Assembly (NCBI RefSeq): GCF_006345805.1
Contig: NC_042997.1
Location: forward strand, 114,948,001 to 115,012,000
Reading direction: 5' to 3'
Origin: Octopus sinensis
Lineage: Eukaryota
Length of the DNA: 64,000 nucleotides
Shown: piece after piece, positions 14,621-27,783 of the stretch
Layout of the letters: every line of letters begins with the position of its first letter
Position numbering within the stretch: position 1 is the first letter of the stretch
The notes under the pieces: model-generated
Seen by the model: the letters and a program-made list of their open reading frames with translations, nothing else
Database searches by the model: none
Told to the model about the DNA's origin: nothing
Translations under genes and position numbers: made by a program

Positions 14621-14964
14621 ATGAGGGAGGGAAAGCCTGGTGTCACCTTCATTGAAATGGGTGGACTTTAAATCGGCCGTATCAGGTTCAAGTATTCTGC
14701 GACTTGTATGTTCAAGCCAGCCAGATCCAACCTCTCACACCTACCCTACAATGTCATTCTAAAAGTACACAGTCACATCATTGAAATGTCAAAGCTATGA
14801 GATAATGCATGATTAATTCTAAACAAAGCAAATAGACAGACATTACATTTGACTGAGTAGTTGGAATGCTAAAGGGTCAGAATGCACTCCTTACAGTGGC
14901 AGACATAATCAAACCTGGAAAAGCAACAGATTTTATACAATTTTTTGTTTTTATATTATGTATT

Positions 14965-15570
14965 TAACTCACTGGATCAGAATGAAGGGGTAGTGCTCCT
15001 GGCCATCGCAAATCTTTCATGACCACTGTGAATGCTGCCGTTAAGGTTCTCCTTGAACCATTGAATGTTAACACTTGTAAAGAAATCTTGAGCAGAGATT
15101 GAGTCCTGGGAAATAACTGAGTGTAGTGATTGAGGCCTGGGTTGGGGCACAACAAGGGTGATGGGAGTAGGAGAGATGAATACCTGAGCCCAGCCAGCTT
15201 TGAGAAGGAGAGGTCATTACAGTAGTGGTAGAAAGAAAAACAAAGGAGACGGCACTCTTGTGGCCTAGAAGCTGGAGAGCACAACTGAGAGGTTTACATG
15301 AAAAGCAAAGCACCTCGTACACTCTATAAAATGATTGGCATTAGAAAGGGCTACCAACTGTAGAAATCATGCAAAGGCATGCAAGCATTGGAAAACGCGT
15401 GTTAAATGATGATGATGACTTGGGTGAACCGTTTCTGTATGTGATTGCAAATGTCTGTGAGTGTTACTACTGCAGTGCTGTTTCAGATGTGAGAGCAATA
15501 CTCCATTGTGGACCTCACCTGAGCTTTGTAGAGTGTAAGTAATTGCTGGAGTGTCCTGTTAACATCATCT
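14965..15570 (-). mobile_element. Degenerate L2/Crack-like LINE ORF2 remnants
   Basis: QLLTLYKAQVRSTMEYCSHI (15483-15550) and NHYTQLFPRT (~15100) resemble post-RT motifs of CR1/L2-group LINEs. Confidence 0.55.
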
Positions 15571-17106
15571 TGCGATGGAGCAGGCAAACAAAAAAAACAG
15601 AATGTAAAAGATGAGAAATGGGTGGTACCCATCGATGGGAAAATTTTGGGGGTTGCTCTTCTGCTGGACAAGGTGGAAGACTTTGTTAATGTTGAGGACA
15701 TTACTTTCTCAATTTTCCATGAATGAAGGACCTCTTGTTTGGATCTGGCTCTGCTTAAACATTATTGGATGTCACTAAACTTGGAAAGAAACTGCTATAA
15801 GTTGGGGTAGAGTTGTAGATAATGAAAGATTGAAGGGTTTTTTGTTTTTTGCGGTGCAGTTAGGGACCACTTAAGAAGTGAGATAATAGCAACAGTAATA
15901 ATTGATCACCTTGGGTTGAACTTATCCACAGGCATATCTGTGTGGTAAGAAGCTTGCTTCCCAACCACATGGTTCTAGGTTCAATCCCATTGTGTGATGC
16001 CTTGGACAAGTGTCTACTATAGCCTCAAGCCAACCAAAGTCTTCTGAGTGAATTTAGCAGACAGAAAGTGAAAGAAGCTCTGTGTGTGTATGTTGGTTTG
16101 TTTATGTCCCCATCATTAGTTTGATAGAGTAAGTACCAGGCCTTAAAGAAAAAAAGTACTGGGGCTGATTCATTTGACTAAAAATTCTTCAAGGCTGTGC
16201 TCCAGCATGGCCAAAGTAAAAGATATGCTTTTCTATGCATGCCTTTGTCATTTCCTTTCTGAGGTTCATCCTACTGAAATCAGCTTTAAAATGTTAGTTA
16301 ATCCTTTTTACTATAGGCACAAGGCCTGAAATTTGATAGGGTGGGGGTGTTGGGGTAGTTGATTACAATGACCTCAGTACTTGACTGGTACTTTATTTCA
16401 TTGACGCTGAAAGGACGAAAGGCAAAAATCGACCTCGGGATTTGAACTCAGAATGTGAAGAAAGATGGAATACCATGAAGCATATTGTCTGGCATGCTAA
16501 TGATACCACCATTTTGCTGCCTTAATAATGGTGGTAATAATAATAATAATAATGATGAGTGACGTATTATAGCTGTCATATAACTAACATTTATCACTCA
16601 TTGATGTAATGTGAACGTAAACTTCTTTTGGAAGCATGCAGATTTTCTTTCCCATTCATACAACACACACTGTCACATGTGCACCCTAACACTCACTCAC
16701 CTCGGCATACCTAGGCATGCATACTCATCTTTGTATTTTCATGTGCAGGCACACACACACACACACACTCACTCTCTCTCTCTCTCTCTCTTATATTCTA
16801 TCAGACCACATTTCCATATACACCCACTCAATACACATATGACGTACATGCTTCTGAATGAAGCTATGCATAATTTTCTCACACAGAATGTAAGTAGCAG
16901 CCACATCCCATCCTAGAGTATAAACTTAGATCTGTTGGCCAACAATTTCCCATGTGACTGAGAGATAGTCTTCAGCTTTATGTAACTATAGCAAGACTGC
17001 TAAATCTACTCTGTTTGATCTTAACAAAAATCTTTGGCAAAATGTAGAAGAGCAATCTGGTCAAACTTGTTTTCTGTGAGTTATGGCTGTAATTTATTTC
17101 GATTAA

Positions 17107-17147
<41 letters not shown>

Positions 17148-17261
17148 CATGTGACAGCTGTACCTTTCTCAGTCTCTACCTCCCCGTCTTCCCCCAATTC
17201 CACACTATCTCTCTTATATTCGATGATCTTCTCTCGCTTTCCTATTTAACTAACAGAACCC

Positions 17262-17292
<31 letters not shown>

Positions 17293-17775
17293 CTTTATTC
17301 CCTTAAATCCAATAATTTGTGCCTTACTAAAGGCTGTAGCAGTTGTAAACACATCTACTCTTTTCAATCTGTGACGATCTTCACCGTTTTCTCCAATGGC
17401 AATTCAGCAATTTGGTTATGTCTAAAAGCATTGAAAGTGTTTCTTGTTACAAATATCCATTCTGTGTAGGCACAAGAAATTTTGGGGAAGGGGGCCAGCC
17501 ACTACCTTTGATCCTAGTTTGCAACTGGGTACTTTATTTTATCAACCCCAAAAGAATTCGAGGCTTGGTGACATTTGAAAACAGAATGTAAACTTGGACA
17601 AAAATTCTTCTGTTTCATGTGCTAACATTTCAGCCAGCTCACCACCTTATCTACTATAATAATAATAATACTCTTGTGTTTTTCTCCGTCACAGCATATG
17701 AATGAGAAAGGAAGGGGGTGATTGCAAACTTGGTAGTGGGATGATGGAACTTCTGTGGTGAAGGGAAAAATAATA

Positions 17776-17968
17776 AAACAGCGTTTCAACTGTGTGAGTA
17801 TATGTGTGTGTATGTAAAAGGGAGGCGTGTGAATGTTTGTGTGTGTATGCAATGGAAGTGGGATGGTGAATATTCAACACTGAAAAGAAAAATCAAACAG
17901 CGTTTCAACTTTGTGTGCGTATATGTGTGTATGTGTACAAGGGAAGTATGTGAATGTTTGTATCTGTG
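17776..17968. repeat. Local tandem duplication (~120-bp period)
   Basis: AAACAGCGTTTCAACT...GTGAATGTTTGT occurs twice. Confidence 0.8.
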
Positions 17969-19062
17969 AACTAGCATTCTTTCAATAACAAAAGCTGATC
18001 AATGTCACATCTCAAAAGACAACCACTAGATAACATTGACAAGTGTATTAATTTGAATTACCATCCATATTCTATCTCATCCTTATTTATATATTATAAA
18101 ATACTACAATTAGCCATCATTTTTGACAGCATGGGACACCAAAGAAGCACATCAAATTGGAGAATAGTTTTCTATCATAAGCTTTTGTCCTTGTTTTTAA
18201 TTTATCTATCTATCTACCTACCTACACACCCACCCTCTGATGGATTCTGTTTTACAGAACAGCTCTAATTTCTGCTATCATCTTTTTATAGATCTACGTA
18301 AACTGTTGCGTAAATTTTATATATATATATATATATATAATCATCATCATTTAACATCTGTTTTCCATGCTGGCATGAGTTGGACAGTTTGACAGGCTTT
18401 AGCAAGGCCAGGAACCATACCAGGTTCATTGTCTATTTTAGCATGGGTTCTACAGTTAGGTGCCCTTTCTAATCCCAACCACTTTACCATGTATTGGGTG
18501 CTTTTTATGTAGCACCAGCACCAATGCTTTATATGTATATATATGACATCTTGACTCTCTGCTTCTCTCTTTTTCCCAACTGGGGTTGCCATGTATCTGC
18601 TCTACTTCCTCTATGGCAAAACCCCTGTTCCTGTCTCTCTGTCATACTTTAATCTCTCATCACCTGGCACAAAGCCACCTCCCTTGATGCTACTCCCTTT
18701 CTCAGTTGAGCAGTACCATGTAAAAAGCACATTCTGTAAAGTGGTTGGGTGTTAGGAAGGGCATCCAGCCACATCCAAATAAACAATGGAGCCTTGTGCA
18801 GTCCTCTAGCCCACCAGCTCTTTTCAAAGTGTTTTACTCATGCCAGTACGGAAAGCAGCATTAAAAGGTGAAGATGATGTCGATGTTATGTGTAATCTGC
18901 TGTCCTTCATTCTGAGGATGGCTGCTTTGTAGGGTTGTCTCCATTTTCATTTTGATCTTGTAGAGACAAAGCTTGCAATTTCTGCTACACTAAATATGTC
19001 AGCTATTTTTATGAGATTGATAAAGAATATCTATACTACGTTTATAGTAGAATATATTTACA

Positions 19063-19533
19063 TTAACCCTTTTGTTACCAACCTGGCTGAAACCAGTTCT
19101 GGCTCTGTAATACAAATGTCTTGTTTTCATAAGTTTCGAATGAAAGTTTTTCATCAAACCTTAGTCACAATTTATGTTCCTGACACTAGCTGAATGATAG
19201 CTAAGTTATTTTACTAAATTCTTTGTTATATTCAAAATTAATTGAAAGAAACACAGAGCATCTCAACAGAAATACGGTAACAAAAGAGTTTAAATATATT
19301 ATTGAGAAACAATTCTTAACCCTTTCATTAGCAACCTAGCTAAAACTGCCTCTGGCTCTGTAGTACAAATGTCTTGTTTTCATGTTTTGAATTAAAATCT
19401 TCCACCAAGCCTTAGTCACAATTTATGTTCCTAACACTAGCTGAATGATTACTAAATTATTTTACTAAATTCTTTGTTGAATTTAAAGTAATTGAAAGAA
19501 ACACAGAGCATCTCAAAATAATGAAAGGGTTAA
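19063..19533. mobile_element. Two adjacent copies of the same piggyBac-type MITE (19063-19292 and 19316-19533)
   Basis: TTAA-CCCTTT termini. The internal sequence is the reverse complement of 9058-9278. Confidence 0.85.
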
Positions 19534-19798
19534 GATACATTGGAGAATATTTGATAATTAAAAGAAAAAGAGGTAAAGTAACTGAAAGTGTTTTTTGAAT
19601 AGAACAGCTTTTTTTTTTTTTCTTTCTTGCTCAAAATTAACAGCCTGACAGTTCTACCCTCTTGACCCCTAATGGTTATACTTCGATTCTGAAAGATGTT
19701 GTTTTATTATCTAACAAGTATATAAAGTAATTGCCATTAGTTTTGTTTAAAATATGTAATTATATTTATTTGCTTTTGTTTGTCTGTTTTTTTATCAG

Positions 19799-19856
19799 GT
19801 GCATTGATAGGTGGTTTGAAGTGAATCGTTCCTGCCCAGAGCACCCCTCTGATTGA
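19799..19856 (+). CDS. ZNRF2: Last coding exon of a ZNRF1/ZNRF2-family RING-H2 E3 ubiquitin ligase (CIDRWFEVNRSCPEHPSD*)
   Basis: Polypyrimidine tract and tttatcAG acceptor (AG at 19797-19798). One base completes a split codon, then TGC...GAT TGA. The peptide matches the recalled vertebrate ZNRF1/2 C-terminus (CIDxWFEVNRSCPEHPxD). No upstream RING exon was found in 1-19798, so the intron probably exceeds 19.8 kb. ZNRF1 vs ZNRF2 cannot be resolved. Confidence 0.92.
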
Positions 19857-22830
19857 GAACTTTATTGGAGACTGTATGGACATTTTTTACTGAAGCCATG
19901 ATGTTCTTGGGTAAAGAAAAGAAATGGGGGCAAGGGTTGTGGGTTTTGATGTAATGGGTTGGTTAAGAAAGAAGAGAAAAATTGATTGCTGGACTGCCAA
20001 ACAGGACATCTGCCATGGGGCTTTCTGCAGTAGTGATATGTGCTTGATTGAAATATTGGTAGAAGCAGATTATTACAACTATGAGAATTTGTAAACATTT
20101 TTGAATATAAATAACTGCATCTACTGAAATATGCAAAAAAAAAAAAAAAAAAAGAAAAAAAGGGAAAAAAAATAGAGAAAAATGTATTTTTTTTTCTTCT
20201 GTTCAACCAACTGATGGTTGTGAACTATGTGTGTTCACTCAAACTTTTTTTTTTTAAAGATGGGTGAACTTTGGGCTGTGAGGAAGAAGTTGAAATGGAA
20301 GACGGCTAAAGGCTACCATGGCAGAGCAAACATTGGTGGCCTTTCAGCTGAATTCTGTGTCTGGTGATCCAGTAGATCATCATATTGCTGTATTTATGGA
20401 CAATTATTTCAAATATCAATAAAACTTTTCTATGAATATAATGCTTGCAAACGGGAGATTGTCGTCAAAATATTTGCTGAAATAAGTGCTATTTTTGTAT
20501 GTGAATATATATGCTGACTATGACCATGGAATGTAAAAGTGTTCTTTGTTACTTATTGAATTTTTCTGTGAGCTGTGTCATTCTATGGTCGATCTGCAGT
20601 CCAGCTCCGAAACAGCTGGTTTTTCTTATGTCACTTCTAATGATTGGTTTTACATGTTCGCACACTGATGAATCTCATCAGTTGGATCATGTAAATTTAG
20701 AAAGAAATTGATGTTCTCTCTGCCCAGCCTTTTATTAATATTATTATTATTATCATTATTATTATTACTATCATCAGCATTATAATTATTATTATTATTT
20801 TTTGTTTTGTTTTGCAGGACTTGTATGCATTCAGATATATCCTTTATATGTTTGTAGATAACTATGCCAATGGTTCTTACGAAGTTAAAAAGTCTATTGT
20901 GATGTTGATTCTTATATTGGCAGGGCTTCATAACGTTTTGGATTCTGTTAGTGCAAAAGAAGAAAAAAAAAAAACCAACAAAAAACAAAAAAAACTAAAG
21001 CATATTTTAACCAATAGTTCAGATGAATGTTAAACAATATTTATAGATAGAAGAAACTTAGACTAGTTAAATATTGTACTTAATTAATTTGCCTTGTTAA
21101 GTATAAAAAAAAATGCAAAACGAAAACACAAAAAGTCTTATACTTGCAAACGTTCAGTATAAAGATATCTCTCGACTAAGGGCTTAGTGTTATGATTTCT
21201 CTCTCCATGCATTAAATGAAATGAAATATCTTCAGTTTTAGAATCCGTTAATGTAACTTAATGAATGATGTCTAGTGCTTCGACAAAACGTCCCTCTTTT
21301 TCGAGATATTTAGAGGCGATCCTTGCAAACCAGCAGCATCAAAGTTGGATTTGTGAAGGACTTAAATTGTTGCTTTTCACATCCAACTTTGATTTCTTTT
21401 AGCTTTAACTTCATCATTTTTTGGGGGATTTTTTCCTTTATTTTTTTTTTAAAGATTTCCCCAAATCAAATTAAAACTCAAATACCTGAATGATCACCTA
21501 ATTAATGATTATTATTATTATTATTTATTTATCTATTTATTTTAATTTCTGTATCAGACTAATGAGTTCCTCGTAGGAATACTTACATACGCTTAAGTAT
21601 TTCCGTAAAGCACTTTGATGTTTTTGTACTTTTTCAAAGATTGTGTGTTATTGATGATGATGATGGTGTTGGTGGTGGTGAGTTGTTCTAGTCAATTCAG
21701 ACTACGACCCATGACAGTAAGTAATCTATCAGTGATAACCCACAAAGTAGGCACGCATGGCTCAGTGAGAAATTGACTATGTAGCCGTAGCTGTCCTGTG
21801 TGTGTAATATGTATGCATAATTATATATATACATATATATATAAGTTCAGATGAATATGGTACTTAAGTTAAAGGCACTTAAGTTAAAGGCACCAGAATT
21901 TTGTATGGTATTATCCATATAAATCAAATGGGGTGATTATAATCAAAATAAGCAACAAGGATATCCAAGGCAGTGTAGTACAATTGTTTCATGCTACTTC
22001 ATTTTATTAAACACTGTAAGTATTAGATCATTTTTAAAATGTCGAGCAATCTTCAGCTACATACAGAATTTTTTAATTAAACGGACAATTGTCCGTTTAT
22101 TTAAAAAAGATTGCTCGACATTTTAAAACTGATGTAATACTTACAGTGTTTAATAAAATGAAGTAGCATGAAACAATTGTACTACACTACCTTGGATATC
22201 CTTGTTGCTTATTTTGATGCATACATACATATATATATGTGTGTGTGTGAAGGATGGTTCCCTGAAATATATGTGTTCACACACACAAACACACAACGAT
22301 ATGTTGAAAATATCACATTTTAACCTTAGGTTATAACTGCAAATTCTCCTGTCATAATATTCTAGCTGAAATTTAGTTAAAACTTTATTTATTTGTTATA
22401 TATTCTTCTACTTCCACAAAAGCTGAGCATTGTGAAGTTTCCTACACATTGTTGTAAACAAGTTGCTTGCTGCTGCTGCTGAAGTTGGATAGAATGGCTA
22501 AGTTCTATTCCAGACCAAATGTTCATATAGGTTCATTTAATTTGATATGTATTTGTTAGATACTTTTGGTTCTTAGGACCACTCAATCTCTCCTTTTTTT
22601 TTCCCTATTTTTCTTTCTTTTTTTTTAAACTTTCTTTTCCTTCTTCTTTCAATCTGCATATTGCAGATATATAAGAAAAAAAAAATTAAATTGGCACTTT
22701 GGGTATTGGAAACCGATTCTTGTCTAACCATTTTCTGTCCACATATTGTAGAACAGAAGTTCTGGCTAAGAATGGCACCAGAGCTATTGTAAAGGTTTCA
22801 TAACAAATAAACATAACTATTTTACTATTT
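19857..22830 (+). other. Probable long 3'UTR of the ZNRF gene, with candidate polyA signals at 20418-20423 and 22806-22811
   Basis: Nearly SINE-free, U-rich stretch after the stop codon. The distal AATAAA is followed by T/GT-rich sequence, and SINEs resume at ~22880. Confidence 0.6.
21974..22061 (-). ncRNA. Hammerhead-like motif with a long stem-II insertion, inside a fold-back element (21942-22218)
   Basis: TGTAG-CTGAAGA-TTGCT...AGCAT-GAAA-CAATTG-TA-CTACA, with palindromic stem III ACAATTGT. Confidence 0.62.
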
Positions 22831-23074
22831 GTCTAGTTGTCTTTCCCCTGCCCCTGACCTTTTGAAGATTCCTCCCAGGTTACGTTTTATTTTGTTTCAG
22901 TCATTAGACTGTGGTCATGCTGGGGCACTGCCTTGAGGGATTTTAGTCAAATGAATCGGGGCCCCTTTTTTAAGCCTGGTATGTACTCTATTGGTTTCTT
23001 TTGCAAAACCGCTAAGTTATGGGGATGTAAACACACCAGCACTGGTTGTCAAGCAGTAGTGGGGGGCACAGACA

Positions 23075-23105
<31 letters not shown>

Positions 23106-23206
23106 ATGTATGTATGTATAGTTAATCCAAACAAGAAAGCACAAAAAACACAACAACGCGAGGACGTGAAACAAATATAGTATTATTGGACGCTCAGGAA
23201 AGGAGG

Positions 23207-23241
23207 GTTTAACGTTTTGAGCGGAGCTCTTCATCGGAAAC
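23207..23241 (-). ncRNA. Decayed minimal hammerhead motif, with a second copy at 43090-43124
   Basis: GTTT-CCGATGA-A-GAGC TCC GCTC-AAAA-CG-TT-AAAC. The 43 kb copy has CTGACAA in the core. Confidence 0.55.
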
Positions 23242-23391
23242 ATAGGAGAAGGAAAGATCCAGAGAAGGGAAGACAGGGGGAAAAAAATCGCCAACGGTAC
23301 ACACGCAGTCACATTTACACACACACACACATATATATTTTGTTTTGGGATTCGGTTTGCAAGATTCTTTATGTGAGTTCGTTTTGAAGCA

Positions 23392-23737
23392 TATTCTGTT
23401 GTGTCTGGAAGGGGGGAGTCATTCTCTTTTGGTGCCTTATAATTTAAACACACTCACCGGTAAAATTTCCACTTATTTCATCAACATCATCGTTTAACGT
23501 CCGCTTTCCATGCTAGCATGGGTTGGACGATTTGACTGAGGACTGGTGAACCAGATGGCTGCACCAGGCTCCAATCTTGATCTGGCAGAGTTTCTACAGC
23601 TGGATGCCCTTCCTAACACCAACCACTTCGAAAGTTATTTTATATAAAAAAATAAGAAATAAGTGGAAATTTTCCTGGTGAGTATTAAATTATAAGGCTC
23701 CAAAAGAGAATGACTCTCCCCAGACACAACAGTATAT
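23392..23737. repeat. Fold-back element (arms ~23392-23479 and ~23657-23737) with an RTE 3' fragment in the middle. Relative at ~56180-56330
   Basis: GAGTCATTCTCTTTTGGTGCCTTATAATTTAA...AAAATTTCCACTTATTTC is mirrored downstream. Confidence 0.75.
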
Positions 23738-24099
23738 ATATATATATGAACGGCAAAATGTCTGCGTGCGTGTCCTTTATACAAATCCACAATTTTTCAG
23801 TTAGAGGGCTCGCACTTTCTATGGTCTTTCAAAACCGTCCAAGGGTAGTCGTGCACATCTTTACATTTCCCCAGTCAGCCCGTAAAGCCATTAAGAAAAT
23901 CAATAGAAGTGACTTTTTTGTGAATTTTCTATCCAAAACCCAATCAAAATGCCCAAAACTTGATACGCCAATTGAATGCCAACTAGCTGTATGTGATTGG
24001 TTGGAGATTTGGACAGTACTCGCATGTATGTGTGCACGCACGCAACTCTATATGCATGCACTAGCACTATGACTCGGCAACGCTGGGTCATAGTGGTAG
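23733..24099 (+). mobile_element. Non-autonomous Helitron-like element
   Basis: Terminal hairpin CTAGCACTATGACTCGGC-AAC-GCTGGGTCATAGTGGTAG followed by T. The 5' end is buried in (TA)n. Confidence 0.68.
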
Positions 24100-24130
<31 letters not shown>

Positions 24131-25904
24131 GAAGCAGAAAATGGAGAAGTGCTGATTAACAACAGTTGACTTACATCAATTATTTGTTAATTTAATACAA
24201 ATAGACTTCATCCTATCTAACAGGCCCATTGTGCAACACTTTGGGAATGTGTCTTCTACAAAGCCCCTAGGCCAGCTGAACCTTGAATTTGGTAGGCAGA
24301 AAGTGTGTGAAAGCCTGTCGTGCATGTGTTGGAATGCATGCATGCATAGATGTTTGTGTTGTCTTTCCCTACCACCGCTTGACACCAGTACTGGTAACTT
24401 AACAGTTTGGCAAAAGAGATTGATAGAAGTACTGCGGTTCATTGGTTGATCTAAACCCTTCAGGGTAGTACCCCAGCATGGCCATAGTCCAATGACTGAA
24501 ATTAGTCAAGATTTGTTATTGTGATACATTGTATTTAACATTGAGGTGATTCACTTATAAATTAGAACTTCCTGTATTTATGTTCAAAGCCACTATTATT
24601 GACTTCAAATTTTCACAGAAGGCCAGCAATTTCAGGGAAAGGATTCAGTTGATCGCATCAATGCCATTGCTCAGCTGGTATTTATTCTATTGAAGGCAGT
24701 GAGCTGGTAGAAACGTTAGCACGCCGGGCGAAATGCTTAGTGGTATTTCGTCTGCAGTTACGTTCTGAGTTCAAATTTCACCAAGGTTGACTTTGCCTTT
24801 CATCCTTTCGGGGTCGATTAAATAAGTACCAATTACGCACTGGGGTTAAAGTAATCGACTTAATCCCTTTGTCTGTCCTTGTTTGTCCCCTCTACGTTTA
24901 GCCCTTTGTGGGTAGTTTATTCTATCAACCCTGAGAGGACAAAAGGCTAAGTCGACCTTGGCAGAATTTGAACTCCAGATTGTAGAGATTGATGAAATAC
25001 CACTAAGCATTTTTCCTGGTATGTTAACGATTCTGCCAGCTCGTTGCCTTAATAACAGACAATGTATTGATAAGCTTGTGCCATAGATGGTCTCCAATGA
25101 AATTGGTTCAGCTTTACCATGATGCGGTAGTAATTATAATGATTAATTAAATCTTGTATATTATTGTTTTTTACACAGCAACACTTATCATCCCTCGTTT
25201 GTAGCACCAAACATCCTGCATCTTTTTTTGTTCTTTTTAAACCAGTTTCTATTGTTTCTCCAGCATGGCATATCTCTATTCATTTCAGCTTAGCACCATT
25301 TTCTTCTCTGTGAGTCTTGGTATTGTTAGGTCTGGCCTCAATACTGCTTCCCAAGTCTTTGTAGGCCTGACTTTAACCCGAGGCATATCCCCTGTCAACA
25401 ACCAGTAAGTACTTCATCAAAACGGCATGGTTGCCTCTAGCTGGTTGCTAGATACAGCAGCCAAGTTGCTTGCAAATCATATCTTAATGCTTTTTAATTA
25501 AGGACAGGAAACATTAGTGTAGTCCAATGTCCCCTGAAATAAATGGAATGGTTGGTGCTCTTTTACTTGTTTCAGTCATTTGACTGGAGCACCGCATTTA
25601 GTCGAACAATTCGACCCCAGGAATTATTCTTTGTAAGCCTAGTACTTATTCTATCAGTCTCTTTTGCTGAACCGCTAAGTTACAGGGACATAAACACACC
25701 ACCATCTGTTGCCAAGCGATGTTGGTGGGGACAAACATATTCACACACACACATACATATATACAATGGGCTTCTTTCAGTTTCTGTCGACCAAATCCAC
25801 TCACAAGGCTTTGGTCAGCCTGAGGCTATAGTAGAAGACATTTGCCCAAGGTGCCACGCAGTAGGACTGAACCCGGAATCATGTGGTTGGTAAGCAATCT
25901 ACTT

Positions 25905-27783
25905 TATTTCAATGAATTGGCCATACAGGTCTTACATAGAAGCAACTGCAGGCTGGACAAAACACAAGATGAATGAATGACAAAGCAAATAATGAAATTG
26001 GTGAAGGAAGGCAAGCAATGCCTTGCTGTTTCCCAAAAGCATTGTCCTTTTCTTTTCTAACAAATTGAAGTTATAAACCTCTTACTTTAATTCAATTGGA
26101 CTCAAGATCCTTACAAATGAGGCACTAAGCCTCTTGACTTTTTTCATTATTTTCCACCCCACTGGTGCCCGACTAAGCCTCACTCAAGCATATCGATGGT
26201 GCTAAGTCAGGGTGATTCAGCAGGAAGTGGATGGAATGTGTCTTTGGGGAAGGAGTTCATCACCTTGCACAAATCTGTTCCCCACATGACCTCCACAGCT
26301 ACCTGCGGAGGCCAATCAGGGTCCTTTGTACAGGTTAGAACCCCTCCCCTCCAACCTTCTTTGGTAAACTTTTTCATAAACTCTTGAATTGCCCCTTCCT
26401 TGTGGAATAGGATTACAAATTCCTCCTCCATATAGGGCGAGGCCCGTTTCCACTGTCGGTGACACAATTCCCACTAACAGGGTTTCGGGAAAAGCCGGCA
26501 GTGTATTAGTAACTACCAGCAATGCCTTATTTTTATTTTTCTTCTCTTTTACCATGGGAGGGTGCAGTTCTGTTTTGTCTGGAAGATTTTCCTTCCCTCC
26601 CACAGCCTTAGGATCACTCAGTGGGCAACCTTCTTCCTTTTTTGGCTCTTTTTCGAGGAGGTGGAAGCCTCCTTGACCGTCATCTCTCCCTCTGAATGAG
26701 GAATGGGGAGTGTTTCTGCCACTAACTGCTCCAAGACCCTACTCTGATCCTAGGGACAGTTCTTTTTTATGTGACCTAGTTCCAGTCACAGGTGACACTT
26801 GGGAGGAGGCATCCCTCAAGTATCACCAGATACCTGTTACCAGCCATGGTCAGAAAATCTGGGAAGACCAGATTTCTTGTGGCTGATTGGGTCCACAGGG
26901 TCAAAACAGCTTTTGACCCAACCCAATCAGCCACTGGCAACAACTTTACATTTAGCAGCTTGGATCTGCTGCCACCCAGACCCTGGCGGAGAGTGTCTTC
27001 TAACCACTCGGGCTCCATCACAGGTGGCAACCCACAGACCCAAGCTCTTGTCAACTTTTTCCCACAATATGTGGGAAGAAACAGGATTTCCTGGCCCTCC
27101 AAGGGCTGGTTCACAAACCTGCGAGCCTCCTCAGGGGTGTCTAACAGCAACCACACCATTGCATATTTGGCACCCCTGAAAATAAATTTTATGGTTGGCA
27201 GATACTCTGCCAACTCTTTCTCTATCTCAATTTTCTTGAAGACGGTGATGGTGTCGAGCGACTTTGAGTATGTCCTCAACACCACTGTCCTCTCTTCAGA
27301 GTCTTTCACCCACTCTTTGGGTGGGACAATCTCCCACTCAAACACAGTGTCTAGTTTCTTCGCCATGTTCTTTAGAAGAAAAAAAATTCCAAAGAAAGTC
27401 GGAAAAGGAGACGAAGGAAGAAGGAAAGAAAACAGTTCAAGAACACAGTGACCACAATTTTCCGGCCAACTGGTACTCCAAATAGCAACAGGAACACAGC
27501 TCCACAATTTTTGGAGGTGGGATACACCCCCTAAACAACACACTTCTCACTACTAAGTGAGACAGTAAGCGCAACTACAGGCAGACAAATGCCTGGAATC
27601 CAGTAGAGATTACTTGTTTGAAAAAAAATAAACACAAACAACAAAACCCCACTGAATCCCCAAAAAACAAATGCCTTACCTTGTAGTTGTGCCTCACTAG
27701 TTCAATAATTCATGATGCTGGTGTGCAGCATGATGCACGCCAGCATCATGACTCCTCCCAGTGTGAAGGAAACACTGACACAT
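25905..27783 (-). mobile_element. ORF1/gag-only retroelement (HAL1-like), frameshifted, inserted into a family-A SINE
   Basis: TSD GCAA(T/G)CTACTT at 25894-25904 and 27784-27794 splits the SINE head. AATAAA lies at the 3' end. ORF runs from ATG 27366 (MAKKLDTV) through a decayed zinc knuckle (~26750-26790) to stop 26207. No RT. Confidence 0.78.

Noticed and set aside
1-19790. Search for upstream ZNRF RING exons
   Set aside because: No GECxIC...LPCLCIYHK-like exon was seen, so it presumably lies before the window. A missed short exon cannot be excluded.
21577-21603. Small hairpin GAATACTTA...TAAGTATTTC in the 3'UTR
   Set aside because: A short AT-rich stem expected by chance.
26792-27451. 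219-aa plus-strand ORF
   Set aside because: Antisense to the gag-like ORF, with no motifs.
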